A stretch of DNA of 61,231 nt from an uncultured Bacilli bacterium. GTDB lineage: Bacteria > Bacillota_I > Bacilli_A > RF39 > UBA660. The DNA lies in NCBI GenBank assembly GCA_934096715.1, contig CAKOMQ010000005.1:1-61231 (forward strand), read 5' to 3'. The translations under genes were made by a program, and so were the position numbers. Every line of letters begins with the position of its first letter. Within the stretch, counting starts at the first letter, position 1. Below the pieces are notes generated by a model. That model was not told the DNA's origin. It was given only the letters and a program-made list of their open reading frames with translations, and did no database searches. Below, one piece after another: positions 27,378 through 36,899 of this stretch.

Positions 27378-29108
27378 ATGAATAAAAAGTATTTTGCATT
27401 TATAATGTTTTTATTTTTTATGTTATCTCCAACAATCGTTAGTGCTTTACCAAAGGGTGTAATAACAGGGACAGGAGTGTCATTAAGGACTGGTCCTGGA
27501 ACTAATTATGGAAAAATTAGTTTTACACTAAAAAAAGGAAATGCTTATGATATGGTAGATACTAATATTGTTAAAGATGAAGGTGGATGTAGTACAGGTT
27601 GGTATAGAATTTATTATAAAAATACAAGTGTTGGTTACGTATGTGGTAAATATTTAACTGTTGATGCAACTGGAACACTAGGAGATATATATGGAAGACC
27701 TTGGACTAGTCCAAAGAAATCAATTAATGGTGGCGCTAAGGTTATTGCTGAAGGCTACATTCAAGCGGGACAGTTTACTGCTTACTTAAAGAAATTCAAT
27801 GTTAATCCAGCAACAGGTAAGGTATATTGGCACCAATATATGGCCAACTTACAAGCTCCTTCTAGTGAAGCTAGAAGTACTTATAATAGTTATGTTAATG
27901 GTGGATTAATTAATTTACAAAGAGAGTTTACTATTCCAATCTTTACAGGAATGCCTGCAAATACTACGCTTCCAGGAAAAAATGCTGAATTATGTTATCA
28001 AGGTGTTATTGATCAAGCTTTTGAAAATAGTTTGAATGAGCAAGGATTTGATGAGACATATAAATGTAAACTTAGAAAACTTCACATTATTCATCCTAAC
28101 TGGATATTTAAATCACTTAAAACTAACTTAGACTTTAATAGATCAGTAATTGCAGAAAAAGGAGTATCATCTATTCAAGGTTCTACAAGTTTATTTGAAT
28201 CAATGGATTCAAATACTTGTAAAAGTTATAATCAAAATTATAATTTAAAAAATGGTTATTGTAATACTGAAGGTACATGGTATATAGCCAATAATCAAAC
28301 AGTTGGTTATTATTTAGACCCACGTAATTTTCTAGATGAAGTAAATATCATGATGTTTGAAAACTTAGGCTATAGTGCTAACTTTACTACTGGAGTTGTT
28401 CAAACTATATTAAATGGAACTTTTATGAGTGGAGCATCTATTCTAGATAATCAAACATATGCAGAAATATTTGTTGAAGCTGGTAAAAATAACAGTGTAA
28501 GTGCTGTATATTTAGCAAGCCTTGCTAGACAAGAAAGTGGAGTTAATGGCTCAATTGCCACAACAGGAGCAGAATTTAATTATGAAGGAATAACTTATAA
28601 AGGACTATATAACTTCTTTAATATTGGAGCTTATTCTACTGCAAGTAGTCCTATTAAAGCTGGTCTTGTATATGCTTCTGGTGGTTATGATAGTGTAAAG
28701 GTAAATCCTACAACACCAAGTGATTCTAATGAAACCACTATTATAAATAAAATAGGCGGTTCTAAATTTAATAATATAATTACTAATATTGGTGTAGGAA
28801 CTACGCAAGATACAATAAGGAACAGATTAAGTGGTCATACCGTATCATTTAGCGGTAGTGGAGTATTAAAAACAGGAATGACTATTACTGTTGACAATAA
28901 ATATACTTACACATTTGCTATTAAAGGTGATGTTGATGGCGATGGTAATATTATGGCTACAGATTATGTAAAAATTAAAAACTATATAATGGAAAGAAGT
29001 GGCAGCGAACTAAATGAAGCTCAAAGAGTGGCTGCTGACATGGATGGTAATGGTTATATAGTTGCAACAGATTATGTTAGAGTAAAAAATATAATAATGG
29101 GGAGATAG
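27378..29108 (+). CDS. Secreted SH3b plus N-acetylglucosaminidase (GH73-like) protein with a C-terminal dockerin
   Basis: Signal peptide. SH3b-like GVSLRTGPGTNY...WYRIYY. LARQESG...LYNFFNIGAY is glucosaminidase-like. Dockerin repeats GDVDGDGNIMATDYVKIKNYI and ADMDGNGYIVATDYVRVKNII. Confidence 0.75.
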   Translation: MNKKYFAFIMFLFFMLSPTIVSALPKGVITGTGVSLRTGPGTNYGKISFTLKKGNAYDMVDTNIVKDEGGCSTGWYRIYYKNTSVGYVCGKYLTVDATGTLGDIYGRPWTSPKKSINGGAKVIAEGYIQAGQFTAYLKKFNVNPATGKVYWHQYMANLQAPSSEARSTYNSYVNGGLINLQREFTIPIFTGMPANTTLPGKNAELCYQGVIDQAFENSLNEQGFDETYKCKLRKLHIIHPNWIFKSLKTNLDFNRSVIAEKGVSSIQGSTSLFESMDSNTCKSYNQNYNLKNGYCNTEGTWYIANNQTVGYYLDPRNFLDEVNIMMFENLGYSANFTTGVVQTILNGTFMSGASILDNQTYAEIFVEAGKNNSVSAVYLASLARQESGVNGSIATTGAEFNYEGITYKGLYNFFNIGAYSTASSPIKAGLVYASGGYDSVKVNPTTPSDSNETTIINKIGGSKFNNIITNIGVGTTQDTIRNRLSGHTVSFSGSGVLKTGMTITVDNKYTYTFAIKGDVDGDGNIMATDYVKIKNYIMERSGSELNEAQRVAADMDGNGYIVATDYVRVKNIIMGR

Positions 29109-29111
29109 TGT

Positions 29112-30491
29112 ATGAAAAATAAGATAAAATTAATTTTAACAGTATTTGTATCAATGTTATTTGTAGGTAATGTTGATGCTGCTAGTTTTTCAATAAGTGT
29201 TGGTAGTAGAACTCTTAATCCAGGTGGATCTACTACTTTAAGAATAACTGGTAATGATGTAACAGGGAGATTTAATATTACAACAAGTAATGGTTCTGTT
29301 ATATCACTTGGTGATGGAAGTGTATGGGTAGAAAATAATACTCAAACTATAAAGTTAAGTAGTTTAAATATTGGTTCTGCTACAATTACCGTATCACCCG
29401 TAAGTGGTGCAAGTGATTCTAGTGGTAATCCAGTAACTTTAGGGGCAAAAAGTGTAACAATTAATGTCCAAAAACCAAGAGATAAATCTAAAGATAATAA
29501 TTTAAAAAGTCTAAGCGTAGAAGGGTTTACATTAAACGAAGAATTCAGTAAAGATAAATTAGAATATACTGTAGATGTACCAGAAGGAACAACAAGTATA
29601 AATATAATAGCGCCTTCAAATGATGGATACGCAACAATTACTGGGGCTGGAGTTCAAACTGTTAATCCAGGAGCTAATAATTTTGATATAGTAGTAACAC
29701 CAGAACTTGGAGAAGCTAAGACATATAAATTAGTAGTTAATGTAATTGATCAAAATCCAGTTGAAGTTACTGTAGATAAGTTAAAATATACATTAGTAAA
29801 ATATGAAAATGCATTTACTTGTCCAGATAACTTTGAAGCTATTACAATTGAAATAGGAGAGTTCAAAGTACCTGCTTGTCAAAATGATAAAATTAAATAT
29901 ACTTTAGTAGGTTTAAAGAATGAAGATGGAACAGTTACGCTTGCAAACTATAAAAATAATAAATATACTCTATTTAATGAAATAAAAAATAGTAATCAAA
30001 GTATAGTTCCTTTAAAATTTAAAGGTAGTATAAATAATTATACTAAGAGTTCTGTTAAAATTAATGGACTTGATGTAGAGTGTTATAAATATACAAAATA
30101 TAGTAAAACCTGTATTATATACGCATTAAATGTTGATACTGGTAAAGAAAACTATTATATATATGATACAGAAAATAAGAATTATATAGCGTATGATAAT
30201 GAATATATTGATTATTTAGAGACTAATAATAAGTATATGTTTATTGCATGTATATCTTTTGCGGCTGGTTTATTTATATCATTTATATCTCTAATATGTG
30301 TTAGTAAAAAGAAAAAGAAGAAAAATAATTCTATAAAAGAAAATAAAACTAATATAGAAGAAAAGCCAGTAAAAGAAGAAGTAAAAAAGAAAGAAAAAAT
30401 TGAAAATAAAAAAGAAGAAATAGATACTGAAGAAGTTTATAATATTTTTGAAGAAGAAAAAAAATCTAAAAAGAAGAATAAAGTGAAATAG
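29112..30491 (+). CDS. C-terminally membrane-anchored protein: Ig-like or cohesin-like N-domain plus cadherin-like domain, with a K/E-rich tail
   Basis: Signal peptide. NNLKSLSVEGFTLNEEFSKDKLEYTVDV...YKLVVNV is a cadherin-like pattern. TM segment FIACISFAAGLFISFISLICV plus KKKKKK. Same architecture as the 9295-10224 ORF. Confidence 0.55.
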   Translation: MKNKIKLILTVFVSMLFVGNVDAASFSISVGSRTLNPGGSTTLRITGNDVTGRFNITTSNGSVISLGDGSVWVENNTQTIKLSSLNIGSATITVSPVSGASDSSGNPVTLGAKSVTINVQKPRDKSKDNNLKSLSVEGFTLNEEFSKDKLEYTVDVPEGTTSINIIAPSNDGYATITGAGVQTVNPGANNFDIVVTPELGEAKTYKLVVNVIDQNPVEVTVDKLKYTLVKYENAFTCPDNFEAITIEIGEFKVPACQNDKIKYTLVGLKNEDGTVTLANYKNNKYTLFNEIKNSNQSIVPLKFKGSINNYTKSSVKINGLDVECYKYTKYSKTCIIYALNVDTGKENYYIYDTENKNYIAYDNEYIDYLETNNKYMFIACISFAAGLFISFISLICVSKKKKKKNNSIKENKTNIEEKPVKEEVKKKEKIENKKEEIDTEEVYNIFEEEKKSKKKNKVK

Positions 30492-30553
30492 ACTACTTGT
30501 AAATAAGAGAATAATTTGATAAAATTATTTTGAAATATAGGAGGATGACTACA

Positions 30554-30952
30554 ATGGGATTATTTGATAAGATATTTGTTGATAAGGAAGATATGGAAAC
30601 ATCAAGTGATGATGAATTTTATGCAATGAGTGAAAGTGAAGCTTTAAAAGAAGCAGATAAAGTTGGAAATAAAATGATTCTTCTTGAACCAAGAGCATTC
30701 TCTGAAGCCCAACAAATTGCTGATCATTTAAAGAAAAGAAATAGTGTTGTTGTAAATTTAAAAAGAGTTACAAGTGCACAAGCTAAAAGAATAATTGATT
30801 TTCTAAGTGGTTGTATATATGCAATTGGTGGTAATATGCAAAAAATTGGTGTAGGTATTTATCTATGTACTCCAAATAACGTAAATGTACAAGGTAAAAT
30901 TACTGATGATACTGAAAAAGCAAAAAATGAAAATGATGAATTAGATTGGTAA
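30554..30952 (+). CDS. sepF: Cell division protein SepF
   Basis: LEPRAFSEAQQIADHLKKRNSVVVNL...IDFLSG..YA.GG SepF core. SD TAGGAGGA before ATG 30554. Confidence 0.85.
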   Translation: MGLFDKIFVDKEDMETSSDDEFYAMSESEALKEADKVGNKMILLEPRAFSEAQQIADHLKKRNSVVVNLKRVTSAQAKRIIDFLSGCIYAIGGNMQKIGVGIYLCTPNNVNVQGKITDDTEKAKNENDELDW

Positions 30953-30980
30953 TTTAGGGTAGTAAAAGGATGTGACATTC

Positions 30981-31406
30981 ATGAGAAAATTTAGTACGAG
31001 TTTTCCAGGATACAATAAAGGTGAAGTCAATTCTTTTGTTAGTAATGTAACTGGCGAATATGAATCCATGTTAAATAATTTAAAAAGTAGAGATAAAGAA
31101 ATAGAATCTTTAAAAAGAGAACTTGATAATTATAAGAGCATGGAAAGAACTCTTAATAGAGCATTATTAATAGCAGAAGAATCTTCAAATAATATTAAAA
31201 AAGTTGCTTATGATGAATCTAGAGCGATTGTTGAAGATGCTAAAAGGAATGCTTCAAGAATTATAAACAATGCTTTATTAAAAGCTGAACAAATAGATAC
31301 AGAAGCTAATAACTTAAAAAATCAAGTTATAAAATATAAAAAGAGATATAAGAATCTATTAGAAGAACAACTTGATGAAGTAGAAAGATTGGATGTTAAT
31401 TTATAA
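30981..31406 (+). CDS. divIVA: DivIVA-domain protein
   Basis: N-terminal F..S..GYNKGEVNSFV motif followed by a coiled coil. Confidence 0.75.
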   Translation: MRKFSTSFPGYNKGEVNSFVSNVTGEYESMLNNLKSRDKEIESLKRELDNYKSMERTLNRALLIAEESSNNIKKVAYDESRAIVEDAKRNASRIINNALLKAEQIDTEANNLKNQVIKYKKRYKNLLEEQLDEVERLDVNL

Positions 31407-31959
31407 AAATTTACTAGTTATAGTAGATTTTTTTTTAATGTAATGTTTTTATATATCAAGTGATATTAATCACTAAAAAAGATGGGTGAAGCCAGCTTTT
31501 ATAAATGTCAGCAAAAAATGAAGAGATTATTAAAATAAATAATTTAGAATATTTTGGACCTTTTCTAGTTCTAAAGGAAAACATTTAAGATTAAGTAATA
31601 ATATGATACCTGTTTGGAAGAATTGTTATGAAGAATATGATTTAAATACGAATAATTGTAGTAAATCACAATAATAATAAGTCAAATTAGATGGATAAAT
31701 AATAATAGTAAAGATATTTATTATAAGGATATATTACTTTATAAGTTATATAAAAATAACAATTACCAAGTAATGTAAAAGATAAATGTTGTGATTTTCC
31801 TTTACTTGAAGAAAAATGTAATGATTACAATGAGATATAAATTAACCAATAATTGTTATACTTTTGTAAAGTATTGTAATCTTTTTCTTTACTATAAATC
31901 TAAATAATAGTATACTTTTATTAGAAGGATATGTAAACAAGAAGGAAGGAATATAATAA

Positions 31960-32766
31960 ATGAAAACAAGAATTATTAGTGCGGCGATTGCTCTTGCAAT
32001 TTTTATACCACTTATTGTGGTTGGTGGTGTATACTTCGCTGTGGCGGCAAGCATATTATCAATACTTGCATATAAAGAAATTATTGATTTAAAGAAATCA
32101 CATAAGAAAATTCCAAAAGTAGTTAGCGTTTTGGGATTAGTATCACTTATATTAGTAGTTTTAGGTAATTATGAAAATCCTAGTAACATATATTTTATGG
32201 ATAGAGCGTTATTATTTATACCTATAATAGCTTTATTATTACCAGTTGTGTTTTATAAGAGTGAAAATTATTCTACTAAAGACGCATTTTATATGGTAGC
32301 TAGTGTATTATTAGTTGGATGTTTCTTTAACTCATTAATATCACTTCGTAATCTGCCTGGAGAGAATACTGGATTATTCTTATTTATCTATTTATTCTCA
32401 ATAACACTACTAACTGATACATTCGCTTATTTTATTGGTATTTTAATAGGTAAACATAAAATGGCACCAACTGTTAGTCCTAAAAAGAGTTGGGAAGGAT
32501 TCTTTGCAGGTTTAATTGGGGGAAGCGCTTGTGCATTAATTGTCTATTCGAATCTTTTAGGTGGTTTATCATTTAAAATTATTTTAATGACTATTCTGCT
32601 TTCAGTAATTGGACAATTAGGAGATTTAGTATTTAGTAAAATAAAAAGGGAAAATGATATTAAAGACTTTTCTAATATAATGCCAGGACATGGCGGAGTA
32701 TTAGATAGACTAGATAGTATAATTATGGTAGTAATTAGTTATATTATTATTATGAATATATTTTAG
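31960..32766 (+). CDS. cdsA: Phosphatidate cytidylyltransferase
   Basis: SPKKSWEGF and PGHGGVLDRLDS signature. Multi-TM protein. Confidence 0.93.
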   Translation: MKTRIISAAIALAIFIPLIVVGGVYFAVAASILSILAYKEIIDLKKSHKKIPKVVSVLGLVSLILVVLGNYENPSNIYFMDRALLFIPIIALLLPVVFYKSENYSTKDAFYMVASVLLVGCFFNSLISLRNLPGENTGLFLFIYLFSITLLTDTFAYFIGILIGKHKMAPTVSPKKSWEGFFAGLIGGSACALIVYSNLLGGLSFKIILMTILLSVIGQLGDLVFSKIKRENDIKDFSNIMPGHGGVLDRLDSIIMVVISYIIIMNIF

Positions 32767-32784
32767 ATAAGGAGAATATAAAAC

Positions 32785-33852
32785 ATGTGGATAGTTACAT
32801 TGCTAATATTTATATTTATTCTTAGTATAATTGTTTTAGTTCATGAACTAGGACACTTTTTTTGGGCTAAGAAGTTTGGAGTACATATTGATGAATTTTC
32901 AATAGGTATGGGTCCTAAAGTATGGGGTAAAAAAGGAAAAGATGGAATTGACTATAATATAAGAGCAATACCTATAGGTGGTTTTGTTGCTATGGCTGGA
33001 GAAGTATATGAAGAAGAAGGGATAGATATCCCTAAAGATAAATTTTTATGCAATAAGCCATGGTGGCAAAGAGCTATTGTAATGATAGCAGGAGTTGTTA
33101 ATAACTTTATACTTGCTTTACTATTAATATTCTTATCAACTATTTTCTTTAAAACAGTTGAACCAACTTTAACTATTGAAAGCGTTATACCTAATAGTCC
33201 AGTTAGTAATGCTGGAATTAAAGCTGGAGATACAATAGTGGCAGTAGGTGGTAAAGAAGTATCTTACTTAAATGAATTTAATATTAGATTAATATTTGAA
33301 AGTGATAAGAAAAGTCATGTTTTAACTATTGAACATGAAAATGGTAAAAGAGAAGATTATAAAATAACACCTAAAGAAATGACACTTGAAGATGGAACTA
33401 AAATAACTTATGGCTTTGAATATCATCAAGAAAAGATTGATACACTTGGTAAAAAGATAAGCTATACTTTTAGAACTTTCTTTGATACATTTGATACAAT
33501 GAACTTAACTTTATATGGGCTATTTACCGGTAAGGTAAGTGTATCAGATTTATCTGGTCCGGTTGGTATATTTGAATTAGTAGATGACTCAGTTACAACA
33601 GATCAATCATTCGTAACAAATATTCAAATTATTATTTATTTAATTTGGTTATTATCTATAAATGTTGGTTACTTAAATATCTTACCATTCCCAGCATTTG
33701 ATGGTGGTAGACTATTATTTATTGTAATTGAAAAAATTAAAGGTAGTCCAGTTAATGAGAAATTTGAAAACATATGTCATACAGTTGGATTTATCTTAAT
33801 AATGCTATTAATAGTATTCGTAACCATAAATGATATAATAAAACTATTTTAG
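32785..33852 (+). CDS. rseP: RIP metalloprotease RseP/RasP
   Basis: HELGHF motif, a PDZ domain, and a C-terminal LPFPAFDGG motif. Confidence 0.93.
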   Translation: MWIVTLLIFIFILSIIVLVHELGHFFWAKKFGVHIDEFSIGMGPKVWGKKGKDGIDYNIRAIPIGGFVAMAGEVYEEEGIDIPKDKFLCNKPWWQRAIVMIAGVVNNFILALLLIFLSTIFFKTVEPTLTIESVIPNSPVSNAGIKAGDTIVAVGGKEVSYLNEFNIRLIFESDKKSHVLTIEHENGKREDYKITPKEMTLEDGTKITYGFEYHQEKIDTLGKKISYTFRTFFDTFDTMNLTLYGLFTGKVSVSDLSGPVGIFELVDDSVTTDQSFVTNIQIIIYLIWLLSINVGYLNILPFPAFDGGRLLFIVIEKIKGSPVNEKFENICHTVGFILIMLLIVFVTINDIIKLF

Positions 33853-33855
33853 TAC

Positions 33856-33884
33856 TTGAAAATAATACTCGTTTGTAGTATTAT
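33856..33884 (+). promoter_or_regulatory. Sigma-A-type promoter of surface-protein gene B
   Basis: TTGAAA, 17-nt spacer, TATTAT. Duplicated at 36834-36862. Confidence 0.6.
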
Positions 33885-33922
33885 TTTTTTAGTAGAAAAA
33901 ATAGAAAGTGAGACCCCGAAAA

Positions 33923-36728
33923 ATGAAGAAAAATGCTAATTTATTAGCAACCTTCCAGAAGTTAAAAAGCCTACTGGGGGGGGGGCGAGAAACAACAAAA
34001 AAGAACTTTAATTATAGCATTAATATTAGTAGAATTTCTATTAATTATATGTGCTTACATTTCATATAATAATAAAAATTTAGACAAATATATATTTAAT
34101 TCAAAAGATTTAAAAAGTAGTGGTTTATTTGCCATTATGTTAGAAGATTCAGATGGTAATTACAAGCAAAGTACTAAAGATGAATTTCCAGGTTATGAAT
34201 ACTTTTATAATCAAACAAAATCAGGATGCATGAATTCTAGTGGTAAGACAATACCGGATTCTCTTTTATATGATCAAGAAAATAAAAAAGCTACAGTAAA
34301 ATTGAACTCATCTGGTATGTGTTATCTTTATTTTAATAAATATAAAACAGATAACTTTGCATCCAAACTAATTGATAGTGGCAATTTATGGGATAGTGGA
34401 CTTGAAGGCGATGGCTACAGATTTACAGGAACAGGAATAACATGTTCTTATGATGATGGTAAATATGTTATCGCAGCTGATAATCAACAAACAACACCAA
34501 GTTGTCCTAAAAGATATAATTATACAAGGACAACTATATCAGATGGTACAACTACAGATTATACTTATCAGACAAGTTGTCCAACAGATACGACAACCTA
34601 TACTTATTCATGCACTGAATTAAACGGAGAAACTAGTAGCAAAAATATTCCATCTAATTTTGTTTGTTTTGGAACAACCGATGTGTCTGAATGTACAGCA
34701 AACCAAGATAAATACATGTATAGAATAATTGGAGTATTTACTGATTCAAGTGAAAAGCAACACGTAAAACTTATAAAATATACTAGTATTGGTTCTTATC
34801 AATGGCATTCAGATGGTTCTGAAACAGTGACATGGAAAAATACAGATTTATATAGCGGATTAAATGGAAGTTATTTCTTAACAAATACAGCCTACGATTA
34901 TATACAAAATACAACATGGCTAAATAAAATCGAAAATTGGACATGGAATGCCTTGTTAACCAATGTTGGTGAAAATGAAGGGGATAATGATAATCCGGAT
35001 TTAGGCGGTAGTACTATTAAAGGTGTGTATTTCAGTGAAATGAATATAAATTCTAGCGAAAAATTATGTGGGAATTACAATGGAGAAAAAATTACATGCA
35101 ACAATGGTTTATTGACAACACCTACAGGAAAAATAGGCTTAATGTATGTAAGTGATATGTTGTTGTCCTATGGACCAGAGAATACAGAAACATCTAAACA
35201 TTCTCAATTAAACACAACATGGCTTAATGCAAATAGTAACATAGGCAAAATAAGTGACTGGTCAATATCTCAAGATGGTTTTTATCCAGATGACGATAGT
35301 TATGTCTACTACTTTGATTATGATGGTTCTCCTGATTATGGTTATTACACAGATAATTATGATACTAGGCCAGTATTTTATCTAACAAGTGATGTTTCTT
35401 CTAGTGAAGGCTCTGGTACAATAGATAATCCATATATTCTAGGCACGTCTTCTAGTAGTAGTTCTTTAAAAATAGATGTAAAAAATGCAAAGAATGTTAT
35501 GACTGCAACAATAAAAAAAGGAACAGGTAATTTAACTAAGTATTGCATAAATAATAAAGCAACAATAAATGACTGTGAATGGAAGAGTATTACAACTACA
35601 ACAATAACTTACACAATGCCTGAATATAAAAAATATTATATACATGTAATAGATAATCAAGGTTTTATTGCACATGCATACCTAAACTATGAAGCTAAGA
35701 TACTTAGTCAAAAACTTATAGATACAAAAGAAATGTGGCAAAGTGGACTTGAAGATGATGGATATCGTTATACTGGAACAGGAATAATTTGTTCATATGA
35801 TAATGGATTTTATTATAAGTTAGCAGATAATCAACTTTCTAATCCGAGTTGTCCTACACTCTATAATTATACTACTACCCAAGGTGGTTACTCTTATCAA
35901 GATTCATGTCCTGATGGAACCACATGTACATCAGTCAATGGTGAAGTTGCTGAAGATGCATCAATACCAAACAATTATATTTGCTTTGGAACAGTAAGTC
36001 AAAATGAATGTTTAAATAATAAGGATAAATATATGTATCGAATAATTGGAGTGTTTAAAGATGCGAGTGGTTCTAACCATGTAAAGTTAATAAAAAATGA
36101 AACGTTAGTAGGAGTACAATGGACTAGTGACACTAGTTATGTAAGCTTTGGCGAAAGTAATATTTATAATGAAATAAATGGAGATGCGTTTATGAATAAT
36201 ACTTATTATGATTATTTGCAAAACACAAAATGGTTAAATAAAATAGAGAATTGGACATGGAGTGCTCTTGATACTAATAATCAATATTACTACTATTTTC
36301 AAATAAGCGACATATATCTACATGAGCTAAATAAATCTTCAAATACAAATTCAACAGGAACATGGACAACCCCAGTAGGTAAAATAGGCTTAATGTATGT
36401 AAGTGATTATGCACTTTCAATTGGAGATAATGCTATAAATAGTGCACTAACACCAAGTAAAGAGTTGTTAAAAAATAGTTGGATTCATTGTAATTTATTA
36501 AAAGATAATTGTATGGAATATACTATTACAAATTATGGGGCGAGAATTGTTAATAATAGAAACTTAGGAATTTATGTATTTACAATATCTTATAATGGCG
36601 AAGTTCCTGTAAATGGTGGAACATCATCATCATTTATTTATCGACCGGTCTTCTATTTAACAAGTGATGTTAAATCAATTCCAGAAGGCGATGGTACTAT
36701 CACAAATCCATATATGATTGTGGAATAA
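33923..36728 (+). CDS. Phase-variable surface protein B. Two tandem RPVFYLT-type domains. Frame-shifted (OFF) at the G10 tract in this sequence.
   Basis: ATG 33923 reads MKKNANLLATFQKLKSLLGGG and then stops at 34067-34069. The body frame is open from 33966 and encodes a basic segment plus a TM anchor, with no start codon before 34137. G11 or G8 would give one continuous ORF. Confidence 0.75.
33976..33985 (+). repeat. G10 homopolymer tract (contingency tract) in the 5' coding region of gene B
   Basis: Counted directly: ctactGGGGGGGGGGcgag. Confidence 0.95.
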
Positions 36729-36833
36729 TTAAATACGGTATAAAGAATATCTACTAATGCTTTCTATCTATCTAATATAGTAGGTATCTTTATATATAGA
36801 TAAGCTTTCCTTAATGGAGAGCTTTTTTGGTAC

Positions 36834-36862
36834 TTGAAAATAATTGGAATTTGTTGTATCAT
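36834..36862 (+). promoter_or_regulatory. Sigma-A-type promoter of surface-protein gene C
   Basis: TTGAAA, 17-nt spacer, TATCAT. Confidence 0.6.
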
Positions 36863-36899
36863 TTTAGTAGAAAAAAATAGAAAGTGAGACCCCGAAACA

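Noticed and set aside
33976-33985. The G runs as G-quadruplex elements or as sequencing/assembly artefacts.
   Set aside because: A single uninterrupted G10-11 run lacks the four separated G-blocks of a canonical intramolecular quadruplex. Four independent copies embedded in a conserved flanking cassette, with coding frames organised around them, argue against artefact. The exact lengths should still be verified in raw reads.
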